Positions 41,537-50,891 of a stretch of 50,891 nucleotides of DNA are shown here, in pieces (within the stretch, counting starts at the first letter, position 1; the number at the start of each line of letters is the position of its first letter). Under the pieces are notes generated by a model. The model was not told where the DNA came from, did not search any database, and saw nothing but the letters and a program-made list of their open reading frames with translations. Made by a program: the position numbers and the translations under genes. Source of the stretch: Minisyncoccota bacterium (GTDB taxonomy: Bacteria > Patescibacteriota > Minisyncoccia > Phycocordibacterales > GCA-2401445); assembly GCA_040879725.1 (NCBI GenBank), contig JBBDJV010000010.1:1-50891 (forward strand), in the 5' to 3' direction.

Positions 41537-43477
41537 ATGAAACAAGAAATACTTAATGATGCTCAGAGGAAGGCAGTAGAAACAACAAGTGGTCCATTAC
41601 TTATCATTGCAGGCGCCGGTGCAGGTAAAACAAAAACACTTACTCATAGAATTCTTCAAATAATTTCAAAAGGAGTTGAGCCCGGACGTGTCCTTGCCAT
41701 TACTTTTACCAACAAGGCTGCAAAAGAAATGCGCGAACGAGTAGATCAACTGATGGCGGTTACACCCGCACAGAATTTTCCCGTACACGATACATCGAGA
41801 CCGTTTGTTTCGACGTTCCACCGTTTGTGTATTCACATACTTAGGCACTCTGCAAAAAAAGTTGGACGGACAAAACAGTTTAGTATTTTTGACCGTGACG
41901 ATTCTATCCGCGCGATGAAACGAGCAGTTAAGGCGGAAGATATGGATCCGAAAGAGTACGATCCAAAACTTTTTCTTAACATCATTTCTCGTGAAAAAGG
42001 TGACGCGGTTACACTTGCCGAGTACAGAGCAAGAGGACTTTCAAGTTTTCGGGAGCAACTTGTTTCAACACTCTGGGAGCGTTATGAAGCGATACTTAAA
42101 AAAGAGAATGCGTTTGATTTCGATGATTTACTTCTAGAAACAGTGGTGCTTCTAAAAAGAGACGAAGAGGTAAAAAAATACTTTCAGTCAGCGTGGGAGT
42201 ATATTCATGTCGATGAGTATCAGGACACCAACCAGGTGCAGTATGAGCTTGTACGTTTGCTCGGAGAGGTACATCAAAATATTTGCGTAGTAGGTGATGC
42301 GGATCAAACTATCTACGGATGGCGGGGAGCAAATGTAAAAAATATTTTAAATTTTGAAATTGATTTCCCTGGAGCGAGCACGATAATTCTTGAAGAAAAT
42401 TATCGATCAACGCAAACCATTCTCACTGCTGCAAATGAGGTGATTGAAAAAAATATTCACAGGAAGGACAAAAAACTTTTTACCAGAAACGGAGCGGGAG
42501 AGGAGATACTTATTTCAGCATGTGGTGATGCTCAGCACGAAGGTATGATAGTTTCCGGACGAGCAAAAAGCTTAATTCGAGATGGAGTCAAACCACATGA
42601 GATTGCAGTTTTGTATCGAGCAAACTTTCAATCACGAGCGCTCGAAGAAGCTTTCTTGCGAAGCGGAGTTCCATACCAAGTACTCGGTACTAAATTCTTC
42701 GACCGAGCAGAAGTGAAAGATATTATTTCGTTCATCCGACTTGCTCGCAATCCGGATGGAGTCTCTGACCTTGAGCGAGTGATAAATGTTCCTCCACGAG
42801 GAATTGGAAAAACGACATTACTGAAAATTGTTGCCGGACGCGAAAGTGAACTTACTTCAGCAATGAAAAATAGACTCGCGGACTTTCGCAGTTTACTCGG
42901 GCGAATAAAAGTGGCGAGCGAAACAAAAAAACCTTCCGAACTTATTAAGTTTGTTTCTGATCAAACCGGTATCACAAAACATTTACAAGATGGTGACGAA
43001 GATGATAACGAGCGACTGATGAACATCACTGAGCTTGGAGTTGTCGCAACGCGCTTCGATGAGCTTCCTCTGGATAGAGCGTGTGATGAATTCTTGGAAA
43101 GCGCGATTCTGGCGAGTGACCAAGATAGTTTGGATAGCAAACAGGGTGGAGTAAAACTTATGACCGTGCATGCATCAAAGGGTCTTGAGTTTGAACACGT
43201 GTGTATCACCGGACTCGAAGACGGACTTTTTCCGTATCGCTCAGACGGAGAAACTCGCCGTGATGATTTGGAAGAAGAGAGACGTTTGTTTTATGTCGCA
43301 CTTACGCGAGCGAAAAAAAGAGTGTACCTTTCGTATGCGCAGATGCGCACTGTTTTCGGTTCAACAACAGTGAGTGTTCCTTCAGAATATTTTAACGACA
43401 TCGATGCGTCACTTTGTTTGTATGAACACAAACCACTTGAAGAGGAAAATAGTGACCGGGTTATTTATCTCGAATAG
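41537..43477 (+). CDS. pcrA: UvrD/PcrA-family superfamily 1 DNA helicase (short, 646 aa)
   Basis: It has Walker A AGAGAGKTKTLT, DEYQDTN, TVHASKGLEF and VALTRAK. Confidence 0.92.
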   Translation: MKQEILNDAQRKAVETTSGPLLIIAGAGAGKTKTLTHRILQIISKGVEPGRVLAITFTNKAAKEMRERVDQLMAVTPAQNFPVHDTSRPFVSTFHRLCIHILRHSAKKVGRTKQFSIFDRDDSIRAMKRAVKAEDMDPKEYDPKLFLNIISREKGDAVTLAEYRARGLSSFREQLVSTLWERYEAILKKENAFDFDDLLLETVVLLKRDEEVKKYFQSAWEYIHVDEYQDTNQVQYELVRLLGEVHQNICVVGDADQTIYGWRGANVKNILNFEIDFPGASTIILEENYRSTQTILTAANEVIEKNIHRKDKKLFTRNGAGEEILISACGDAQHEGMIVSGRAKSLIRDGVKPHEIAVLYRANFQSRALEEAFLRSGVPYQVLGTKFFDRAEVKDIISFIRLARNPDGVSDLERVINVPPRGIGKTTLLKIVAGRESELTSAMKNRLADFRSLLGRIKVASETKKPSELIKFVSDQTGITKHLQDGDEDDNERLMNITELGVVATRFDELPLDRACDEFLESAILASDQDSLDSKQGGVKLMTVHASKGLEFEHVCITGLEDGLFPYRSDGETRRDDLEEERRLFYVALTRAKKRVYLSYAQMRTVFGSTTVSVPSEYFNDIDASLCLYEHKPLEEENSDRVIYLE

Positions 43478-43478
43478 C

Positions 43479-44279
43479 ATGGCAAAAAAATCTTTGGGAC
43501 AACATTTTCTACGCTCAGAGCGTGCACTCAAAAAAATTATTGAAGTGTCGAGCGCTTCGGCTAATGACACCGTACTTGAAATCGGACCCGGTGAAGGAGT
43601 CTTGACGGATGAGTTGCTCAAGACAGGTGCGCGTGTTGTTGCGGTAGAAAAAGATGATTCACTCATTCCGTTTCTCGAGAAAAAATTTGAAAAGGAAATT
43701 GCCGAAAAAAAACTCACTCTCATACATGGAGATGCACTCACACTCGCGGTAGATGAAGTGTGTGAGCAAGGGTACCTTTTAGTTGCAAATATTCCGTACT
43801 ATATTACTGGAGCAATTCTACGAAAATACTTAGCCGGTAGTGTTCAACCAAAGTGTGCGGTACTACTTGTTCAAAAGGAAGTTGCGGAGCGTATTGTGGC
43901 TCGGGATAAGAAAGAAAGTATTCTTTCGCTTTCGGTTAAAGTATTTGGAGTACCTGCTTATATTGAAACGGTGAAGGCGGGGAGCTTTTCTCCACCACCG
44001 AAAGTAGACTCGGCAATTCTTGCCATTACTGATATTGGAAGAGGGGTGCTTACTGAAAAAGAAGAAGCAATGTACTTTGCGCTCGTAAAGGCTGGTTTTG
44101 GAAGTAAAAGAAAACAGCTTATAAATACCGTGGTGAGTGTGGGAATACCAAAAGACTTTTTCCTCAGTTTTCTTGAAAAACAAGGCTTTTCTAGCACTAT
44201 TCGAGCAGAAGATATGCCGCTATCCGCGTGGATTACTCTCGCAAAGGAAGCTACACTCCAATTTGGACAAAGGAAATAA
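43479..44279 (+). CDS. rsmA: 16S rRNA (adenine1518/1519-N6) dimethyltransferase
   Basis: It has LGQHFL, the SAM motif EIGPGEGVLT and ANIPYYIT. The start is at ATG 43479, 1 nt after the pcrA stop. Confidence 0.92.
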   Translation: MAKKSLGQHFLRSERALKKIIEVSSASANDTVLEIGPGEGVLTDELLKTGARVVAVEKDDSLIPFLEKKFEKEIAEKKLTLIHGDALTLAVDEVCEQGYLLVANIPYYITGAILRKYLAGSVQPKCAVLLVQKEVAERIVARDKKESILSLSVKVFGVPAYIETVKAGSFSPPPKVDSAILAITDIGRGVLTEKEEAMYFALVKAGFGSKRKQLINTVVSVGIPKDFFLSFLEKQGFSSTIRAEDMPLSAWITLAKEATLQFGQRK

Positions 44280-44601
44280 GATTACCTGCTCCGGCTGTGC
44301 AAATAGAGATACCGCAGTAGAATAAGCACGGCATGGGTGTAGCGAGTGCCATACCAAGCATTGGAAGTGGTGGTGTTGGGACTGCAAACGGTGTTCCGTA
44401 GGTATAGAATAAGACAGGAGGCCCTGCGGCAGGAGTTTGGTATACAAGCATCCCCGGCGGAAACTGACAGATGGGATTAATAGTTGTCACAAAGCCGCCA
44501 AAAGGAACTTGAGCAGAAGTAATTGAAAGTGGCACAAGAGAAAACAGCACGGCAAAAAGAATAAGTAATCCCGAGTTAATACTGTAGCGAAGTGTATTCA
44601 T
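44251..44601 (-). CDS. Small secreted Pro/Gly-rich protein, function unknown
   Basis: It has a clear signal peptide (LLILFAVLFSLVPLSITSA-Q) and is the only long ORF in this gap. Its 3' end overlaps the rsmA end by 29 nt in convergent orientation. Confidence 0.45.
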   Translation of the reverse strand: MNTLRYSINSGLLILFAVLFSLVPLSITSAQVPFGGFVTTINPICQFPPGMLVYQTPAAGPPVLFYTYGTPFAVPTPPLPMLGMALATPMPCLFYCGISICTAGAGNLISFVQIGV

Positions 44602-44636
44602 ACGATATACTGTAAGTATAGTATAGAATTAAACTT

Positions 44637-45584
44637 ATGGAAGACGTAGAACAGCAAGAAGAGGGGAATACTCAAAATAAAAGCTTTCCAGCGAAGCGAT
44701 TTTTCTTATTTGCGGGAATAGTTGCACTTATTGTTATTTTTGCCGTTCTATTAGTGCTACTACCCACAAAAGGAGAAAAGGTACTCACTCCCGGAGGAAG
44801 TATTGCTACAGATACAGAGGGTTCCACGGTAAGTAACTCTAGGGGTGTTACTGACACAGACATGGACGGATTAGCGGACTGGGAAGAAAAACTTTGGAAT
44901 ACTGATCCCAAAAACCCTGATACAGACGGAGACGGCACTTCCGACGGAGATGAGGTGTTTACAGGAAGAAATCCACTAAAGCCCGGCCCAAATGACGCAA
45001 TGGACAACCCACTTTTTATAAAAAACCCGGAATATGCAGAAACTTCCGAGGAAAATGAACCGATAGGTACAAATAATGAAGAAAATGAAGCTTCTCTAAA
45101 CGAAACGGAACCAGAAACAAGCACTGAAGTCCGCTTTGAGCGAACGTATGGCAACCGGCTGGCGGGGCACATTTCGTCCCTCTCAAGAAACACAGAGGAA
45201 TATAATTCTGCATTTACTGAGTTTTTAAATAACCCAAATGAGTCCGTGTATAGCCGTGTTTCTGCGATAGGAGTTGATTACAATAACCTTATAGCTACAT
45301 TAATGGATCTTCCGCGTCCCGAATCAGCAACTACAGAACACAATGCGCTTATTTCATCGATGCAAAAGTATGTCGCAGAGGTGAATAATATAGTTTCAGT
45401 AAAAAAAGAGGGTGATATACCAATTGAAACATACACTTCGTACTCAGAATCAGCTTTTGCGATGCAGGAAGCACTTGCCAGTCTTGCACTATATTTCGAA
45501 GCCGAGCAAGTTACGTTTAATTCAAATGAGCCTGCGTACTTCTTTACCCAATATGCACTTGCGTTAAAGCAAAGAGGAAATTAA
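44637..45584 (+). CDS. Membrane-anchored protein with a thrombospondin type 3-like Ca-binding repeat (paralog 1)
   Basis: A TM helix is followed by DTDMDGLADWEEKLWNTDPKNPDTDGDGTSDGDEV and a helical C-domain. Confidence 0.75.
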   Translation: MEDVEQQEEGNTQNKSFPAKRFFLFAGIVALIVIFAVLLVLLPTKGEKVLTPGGSIATDTEGSTVSNSRGVTDTDMDGLADWEEKLWNTDPKNPDTDGDGTSDGDEVFTGRNPLKPGPNDAMDNPLFIKNPEYAETSEENEPIGTNNEENEASLNETEPETSTEVRFERTYGNRLAGHISSLSRNTEEYNSAFTEFLNNPNESVYSRVSAIGVDYNNLIATLMDLPRPESATTEHNALISSMQKYVAEVNNIVSVKKEGDIPIETYTSYSESAFAMQEALASLALYFEAEQVTFNSNEPAYFFTQYALALKQRGN

Positions 45585-45629
45585 TTTTCCACGGGGTAAT
45601 TTAATTTTTTGGGGTACAATATATGGGAT

Positions 45630-46598
45630 ATGGTGATGCGCCCATCAAATAAAATTGCGGTAGCGCTTATTGTTGCGAGCTCGGTAATTGCCGTGTCCTT
45701 GCTTTTTCTTGTACCGAATAAGGGTGAAGTTGTTCAAAATGACCAGCTTACAAGCACATTTACTGATACACTCGTTTCTCAAGATTCAGACAGTGACGGT
45801 CTTGCTGATTGGGAAGAGGTTGTGTGGGGAACAGATGCGCAAAATCCCGATACCGATGGCGATGGCACATTGGACGGCGAAGAGGTGCTTCTTGGTAGAG
45901 ACCCCCGAAAACCTGCACCAAATGACAGAATTGACCTTGAAGCGGAAAATAGAAAACAACAGCAGATTCAAGCGGATGCAAACATTTCAGAAACAGATAA
46001 GCTCGCACAAGATGTATTTACAGAGTATCTGGCATTGAAAAATAGCGGCACTGCCGTCACTGATGAGGAAATTGTGTCCCAAATCGCTACCCATATAAAA
46101 AATTCATCAGCACCTACCGGTGAGCCGTATACACAAAATGATGTGCAAAGCATTTCCACAAATACCCAAACACTCAGGGTATACGCGGAAACAATGGGTA
46201 CGCTTCTTTCTGTGAACAGCCCCAAGACAGGAGGAAGTGAAATAGAATTACTGCAACGAGCGCTTAACGGAGGAGGGCAAAGAGAAATAGATGGAATAAT
46301 AGAGATTAGCAGACTCTACGGAGCGATTGCTGATGGTGCAAGGGAAGTCTCTGTACCGAGTGATTTAGTCGATACGCATATTGCACTGGTTACAAATCTT
46401 ACGGCGATGGAGCAGGTTATCTTTGACTTGAGTTTTGCATTGAAAGATCCACTGCGTGCGGTGAATGCAACAAGTGTATATGTGAAGGTATTAGATAACG
46501 TAACTGCAAGTTTAAACAAAATTTCTTTCTATTACAGTGAGAAAGGAATAAGTTTTGAACAGGGTACGAGTGGTTACCTCTTCATTCATGCGATATAA
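45630..46598 (+). CDS. Membrane-anchored protein with a thrombospondin type 3-like Ca-binding repeat (paralog 2)
   Basis: A TM helix is followed by DSDSDGLADWEEVVWGTDAQNPDTDGDGTLDGEEV. The start is set at ATG 45630, 9 nt after TACAAT. Confidence 0.75.
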   Translation: MVMRPSNKIAVALIVASSVIAVSLLFLVPNKGEVVQNDQLTSTFTDTLVSQDSDSDGLADWEEVVWGTDAQNPDTDGDGTLDGEEVLLGRDPRKPAPNDRIDLEAENRKQQQIQADANISETDKLAQDVFTEYLALKNSGTAVTDEEIVSQIATHIKNSSAPTGEPYTQNDVQSISTNTQTLRVYAETMGTLLSVNSPKTGGSEIELLQRALNGGGQREIDGIIEISRLYGAIADGAREVSVPSDLVDTHIALVTNLTAMEQVIFDLSFALKDPLRAVNATSVYVKVLDNVTASLNKISFYYSEKGISFEQGTSGYLFIHAI

Positions 46599-46623
46599 TT
46601 TCAATACGATAGATGTGGTGGGT

Positions 46624-48711
46624 ATGATTACACAAAAAAAAGTATTAAGCAGTTTATTTTTCTTATTATTACTGGTAAGTACTTTTTTTGCGGTACCACC
46701 TAAACAAGCTGAAGCGATAAGTGTTCCTGTGTTTGATGGTGTTGCTATCGCGGAGCTTACTATCATCGCGCAGTCTGCGGTTACTATGCAAACCAAAGAG
46801 TTGGCACTCGATGGTGTAGTGTTCGCGCTTATCAATGCAATAATTGACCAAATAGGCCAGCAGATGGTGAGCTGGATAAATAGCGGATTTGACGGAAATC
46901 CTGGATTCGTAACAGACCCTGCAGGACTGTTTGCGAGTGCTGCAAACAATGTTGCAGCAGACTTTATCGATGAGCTTGGATTGGGCTTTCTCTGTGATTC
47001 GTTTAGTTTGGAAATTCAGTTTGCTCTCAGCGCGAACTTCGGTTTTGGAAACAGAGGACTTACCTCAGCTGGAGCTTGTACATTGAATGATATTTATGAA
47101 AATGTTGCGTCAGGTGAGATTGCCAGCATGAGTGCGTTTTATGATGTTGCACTTAAACCAAATAACAACCCATACATTTCTTACTTAGATGCAGAGAGCG
47201 CACTGGTGGTAAATGTTTCTCAGAACAATAAAATTCTTGGAGATGTTGTGAGTTGGGGAAATGGCTTTCTCTCCGATTTCAATATCGATGGATACATTGA
47301 AACACCAGGAGCATTTGTGGAAACACAACTCAATGACGCTATCGGTTCAGGACAGCAAAGACTTCAAATCGCCGATGAAATTAGCGAAATTATTGGAGCT
47401 CTTATGAACATGCTTCTTGACTCTGCATTCAATGGTCTAGCAAGTGTGGGTTCATCCGGTTCATACACATTCACTGCTCCTGATTTTATAAACAACACTG
47501 AAGGTTCTATAACTGAGACGTGCCCAAGTGGTGAGACAGACAGCACGGGAAGATGTATTGGGGACTACGATACACCGGTGATTGATAACCCAGGCGGCGG
47601 CGGTAGCGCCGGTGTTGCTCCAGGAAGACGAGAACCTTTTAATGTGGCCTTTGATAAAACAGCAAGACAAATTACAACACTTCAGACTGGGGGAGTAAGT
47701 TGGTTGGCGGGAAGAGCGATTGACAATAATATTGATACTGGAAATATTCCATATACACGATTGAATACAGATCGTCCTACTATCGCAATAACATCGAGTG
47801 TAGAAAACCCATGGTGGGAGTTAGATTTGGAAGAACTTCATTTTGTAGAAGAGGTTAAAATATATTTACGATCAGATATATGGTTAACTGATGCGGTAAG
47901 TAGAGGTGGAGTTCGAGTAGATTTCTTTGATACAAACCGATCTCTTGTACACCAGCATAGTTTTCGTTCAACCCAAATTGCGAATTCGGTTCCATTGAGA
48001 GTTACGTCTTTGCCTGATGGACAAGCGGTAAGATTTATTAGAATAAATAGAATACCACCTGAAGGGCAACCAAATTCAACCACAGGTCAACTTCATCTTG
48101 CTGAAGTACAGGTGTCTGGCTTGCCACAGATTGACTACACCGTTTCAAATGTTAACTTAGCCCTTAAAAATGCAAATGGCCAAGCATATTATTCAGCCCC
48201 ATACCCCTATGTACATCCTACTACCGGAGAAGTAATAGAGTATCCCGCAAGCAATATTGTAGACGGAAGCAGTAACAATACCGCTCCTGAAACTGATGAG
48301 AAAACAAGAGAGCCGTGGCCTGCTTACGCTGGACCTGCCGGTACTGCTAACCAGCCTTTCTTTTCAGTACGTATGAATGAAATGTCGAATATTGCGGAGG
48401 TGCGTATACATCCTCCAACTGGAACTATCTTTAATCCCGAAACAGATAGTGATTTGTATATTGTGCTTGCGCGTGACCAAGATTCAGCAATAAACACATC
48501 GCTTACACTCTCGTCTATGCGAAATGACAGCGCAAATTATCGAGTGGTGCAAATACCTGATTTAGTGCTTCAAGGTGGGGCACCGTATATTGTGCAGTTT
48601 GACTTGGAAGACTACTTTGAAACAGGGCATGTACGTCTACAGAGAGAAGGACAAACACCGATTGGTCTTGGTGAGCTTGAGGTTATTGGTAAGTTAGCTC
48701 CACGATTTTAA
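46624..48711 (+). CDS. Secreted large protein with two discoidin (F5/8 type C)-like carbohydrate-binding domains
   Basis: It has a signal peptide (LFFLLLLVSTFFAVPPKQAEA). The segments NPWWELDLEELHFVEEVKIYLR and FFSVRMNEMSNIAEVRIH resemble discoidin-domain signatures. The start is set at ATG 46624. Confidence 0.75.
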   Translation: MITQKKVLSSLFFLLLLVSTFFAVPPKQAEAISVPVFDGVAIAELTIIAQSAVTMQTKELALDGVVFALINAIIDQIGQQMVSWINSGFDGNPGFVTDPAGLFASAANNVAADFIDELGLGFLCDSFSLEIQFALSANFGFGNRGLTSAGACTLNDIYENVASGEIASMSAFYDVALKPNNNPYISYLDAESALVVNVSQNNKILGDVVSWGNGFLSDFNIDGYIETPGAFVETQLNDAIGSGQQRLQIADEISEIIGALMNMLLDSAFNGLASVGSSGSYTFTAPDFINNTEGSITETCPSGETDSTGRCIGDYDTPVIDNPGGGGSAGVAPGRREPFNVAFDKTARQITTLQTGGVSWLAGRAIDNNIDTGNIPYTRLNTDRPTIAITSSVENPWWELDLEELHFVEEVKIYLRSDIWLTDAVSRGGVRVDFFDTNRSLVHQHSFRSTQIANSVPLRVTSLPDGQAVRFIRINRIPPEGQPNSTTGQLHLAEVQVSGLPQIDYTVSNVNLALKNANGQAYYSAPYPYVHPTTGEVIEYPASNIVDGSSNNTAPETDEKTREPWPAYAGPAGTANQPFFSVRMNEMSNIAEVRIHPPTGTIFNPETDSDLYIVLARDQDSAINTSLTLSSMRNDSANYRVVQIPDLVLQGGAPYIVQFDLEDYFETGHVRLQREGQTPIGLGELEVIGKLAPRF

Positions 48712-48714
48712 TAT

Positions 48715-50691
48715 ATGAATTTTTATAAAAAAATACTATTCATATCGATACTCCTTGGGGTTATTTTTGCGCCACTAACACCGCGGTTTGCGACTGATAA
48801 CGCGTTTGTTTCGCTAGAACAAAATAGTGTGTATGCGGCGATAGGTTCAGTGGGTACCGCTCTATCGACTGGGCAATTAATAAGTTCAGCAGGTGGAAAA
48901 GGATGGGGTGTCCTTACAGATAGTTTTTCAGGAGCCCTGGCAGAGTTCCAGGAGAGTTTGCTTAAAAAAATCGGTTCAAGTATTCTCTATCTTTTTGCCG
49001 GTATTACTTATATCGCGGGTGTGTTTCTTGAAATTTCGATTGAAACAACCATTGTTGGTATGAGCAGTTTTGTAGAAAATTCTACTGCTATTGATCAAGG
49101 ATGGACAAAGTTCCGTGATATAGCAAACCTCTTCTTCATCTTCACTATTCTTTTCATTGCTATTGCTACGATACTTCAGATCGACAGATACGAAGCGCGT
49201 AAGTTGCTCGCACGCGTAGTTCTCGCGGCGATTCTCATGAATTTTAGTCTGCTCTTCACGAAAGCACTTATTGATTTCTCAAACGTGGTGTCAATTCAGT
49301 TTTACGACAGTATGACAACTGTTGCGGGAGAAGGGAATGAGTCAGAAGAATCAAAAGGATTTGCGGCAAACATTATGTCTCTCTCTCGTGTCGGAACAGC
49401 GTATAACATAACCGCTTCCGACCTTTCACAAGGAGTCACACCGCAGGTCGCTGGAGAAAACTTAGGTAATTTGTATAAGTTTTTGCTCGCAACTCTCGGT
49501 GGAGCCGGGTTCTTGCTCATCATCGCGTTTGCATTTCTGGTCATGAGTTTTGCTTTGGTAGCTCGTTTTCTAATGCTCGTCATGCTAATGGTGTTATCTC
49601 CATTAATGTTTCTTGCGTGGATACTCCCGTGGACACAGAAATATGCTGGAATGTGGTGGAGTGAACTAACCAAACAACTTATCTTCCCACCTCTCTTTTT
49701 CGGTCTAATGTATGTTTCGATTACAATTATGGATGATGTGGTTGCACAGTTTAATACTGGCGCCAACTTATCTTCAGCACTTACATCTGGAGATGTCGCT
49801 GCTCTTGGTGGCTTTACGCTTAACTATGCACTGATGATAGGTTTTGTACTCGGCTCGCTCATTATTTCTCTCAAGGTAGGAGCGATGGGGTCAAAGCATT
49901 CAATGAGTTTCGCAAAGAAAACGACTGGTTTTATTGGACGGAATACCGCTGGAGCTACTGCGCACCGACTTAAAGAAGGAGACGGCTTTTTGGCAAGAAA
50001 CTTACGGAGAGCTTCACAGGTGCCACTTGTGGGCACTGCTATCAGTAGCACTCTCGATAAAGCTTCAACAGCAAGCTATGGCGGAAAGAAAGGAGGCTAT
50101 GCTGGTGTTGTAAAAGAAAAACAAAAAGGAGTTGCTTCTCGTCTTGAGTATCTAGGAAAGGGTAGGGATAAACAAGCGGCAGAAAATCGTAAAGCTAAAG
50201 AACTGCGTCCAGGGCGGTTTGATACTCCATCATACAGAGACGCACTTAATGCACAGCGAGAAGTTGAAGAGAAAAAACAAAAGAAACAAAATGCTGTTGA
50301 ACAGCAAGAACAGAAGTTCGGCAAAACCCTTTCACGCTATCGCCAAGAAGTACGTTCTGATTATCCTGAAAAGCAAAAGCTTGATGCCGATATAGAGGTA
50401 ACTGAGAAGAAAATTGCAGAACTGGAAAAGGAAATGCTAGTTACTCCAAGTATGCGAAGAAGTAGTGACGAGATTGCTGCTGAAATGTCTGTATACAATG
50501 ATAAAAAGAGACAGGCTATAAAAGAGAAACTTGAGCTTCGTAAGAAGGCAAAGCGATATCGAGACAAAATACGTGAAATGGGAGAAAAAATACAGGAAAG
50601 GAAAAGTAAGGAAGATTTAAACCTGGGTGATGAGTTGAAGGGTATCAAAGAGAAACTCGATAAAGATGATGATTCCTCCTCTTCAAAATAG
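48715..50691 (+). CDS. Polytopic membrane protein, VirB6/TrbL-like, with a Lys/Glu-rich coiled-coil tail
   Basis: It has a signal/TM segment and at least 6 further hydrophobic helices, then the tail KQKKQNAVEQQEQK...KIAELEKEM. The VirB6 assignment is by architecture only. Confidence 0.6.
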   Translation: MNFYKKILFISILLGVIFAPLTPRFATDNAFVSLEQNSVYAAIGSVGTALSTGQLISSAGGKGWGVLTDSFSGALAEFQESLLKKIGSSILYLFAGITYIAGVFLEISIETTIVGMSSFVENSTAIDQGWTKFRDIANLFFIFTILFIAIATILQIDRYEARKLLARVVLAAILMNFSLLFTKALIDFSNVVSIQFYDSMTTVAGEGNESEESKGFAANIMSLSRVGTAYNITASDLSQGVTPQVAGENLGNLYKFLLATLGGAGFLLIIAFAFLVMSFALVARFLMLVMLMVLSPLMFLAWILPWTQKYAGMWWSELTKQLIFPPLFFGLMYVSITIMDDVVAQFNTGANLSSALTSGDVAALGGFTLNYALMIGFVLGSLIISLKVGAMGSKHSMSFAKKTTGFIGRNTAGATAHRLKEGDGFLARNLRRASQVPLVGTAISSTLDKASTASYGGKKGGYAGVVKEKQKGVASRLEYLGKGRDKQAAENRKAKELRPGRFDTPSYRDALNAQREVEEKKQKKQNAVEQQEQKFGKTLSRYRQEVRSDYPEKQKLDADIEVTEKKIAELEKEMLVTPSMRRSSDEIAAEMSVYNDKKRQAIKEKLELRKKAKRYRDKIREMGEKIQERKSKEDLNLGDELKGIKEKLDKDDDSSSSK

Positions 50692-50716
50692 ATTAAATAA
50701 AAGGTAATATAAAACT

Positions 50717-50891
50717 ATGACACGATTTTCTCTTGAAATATTGCGAGACAAGTACAATTCTCTTCCGGAGGATTTACGAAACGCTGTGATTGAAGTTCCG
50801 GCAAACGACCTTCTCTACGATATTGCGGAAAGACATGACTTGGATGAAGAGCAGATAAAGCGACTTGCAGATGAAACTGGTTATGTGATTC
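50717..50891 (+). CDS. Hypothetical protein, 5' partial at the window edge
   Basis: The hand-translated sequence begins MTRFSLEILRDKYNSLPEDLRNAVIEVPANDLLYDIAERHDLDEEQIKRLADETGYVI. TAATAT (50705-50710) lies 6 nt before the ATG. Confidence 0.5.
   Translation, partial: MTRFSLEILRDKYNSLPEDLRNAVIEVPANDLLYDIAERHDLDEEQIKRLADETGYVI

Noticed and set aside
43374-43478. The upstream extension of the rsmA ORF. The extensions of ruvB (6566-6619), ruvC (8001-8144) and the PBP gene (10447-10479) are similar.
   Set aside because: The extensions overlap the preceding genes or promoters and use non-ATG starts. Family N-termini align with the downstream ATGs.

Overview
This is a gene-dense, low-GC (about 40% by eye, not computed) chromosomal window spanning a bacterial replication-origin neighbourhood. 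rpmH-rnpA-yidC-jag diverges from dnaA-dnaN, and a phased DnaA-box cluster sits between dnaA and dnaN. Housekeeping genes recognisable from sequence motifs are a holA-like gene, polA, tsaE, a pilB/gspE-type ATPase, ruvB, yebC, ruvC, tyrS, a class A PBP, comM, a dksA-like gene, pnp, rpsO, a Xer-type recombinase, xth, cca, yraN, an mscS-family gene, pcrA/uvrD and rsmA. There are three tRNAs: Arg(UCG), Gly(GCC) and Pro(UGG). Shortened housekeeping proteins, T4SS_pilin/PrgI/VirB4-type genes, TSP3-repeat surface proteins and near absence of Shine-Dalgarno sequences suggest a Patescibacteria/CPR-like reduced genome; this is inference only. The most unusual observations are: (1) In a non-coding island at 36.7-38.8 kb, every tRNA gene is trailed by a related structured module. 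The module consists of an inverted copy of the tRNA's own T-arm, a conserved rod hairpin capped by a GAGC-N-GCGAA loop that shows compensatory changes, and a 20-23 nt exact copy of that tRNA's own 3' end. The island also holds a field of perfect palindromes, GC-rich interleaved palindromes, and recurring operator-like motifs including perfect DnaA boxes. (2) A seven-gene type IV secretion-like operon (PrgI-like, VirB4 partner, VirB4, pilin fusion) lies beside the origin. A second surface locus carries TSP3-repeat paralogs, a discoidin-domain protein and a VirB6-like protein. (3) Transcription units show a strikingly regular leaderless architecture, with a -10 hexamer exactly 6 nt before the start codon in 12 units. 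(4) A 166-nt element closed by a 26-bp stem sits behind a promoter whose -10 hexamer lies in the loop of an 8-bp inverted repeat. No rRNA, CRISPR array or transposase gene was seen. All protein calls rest on motif recognition in the supplied translations; no database search was possible.
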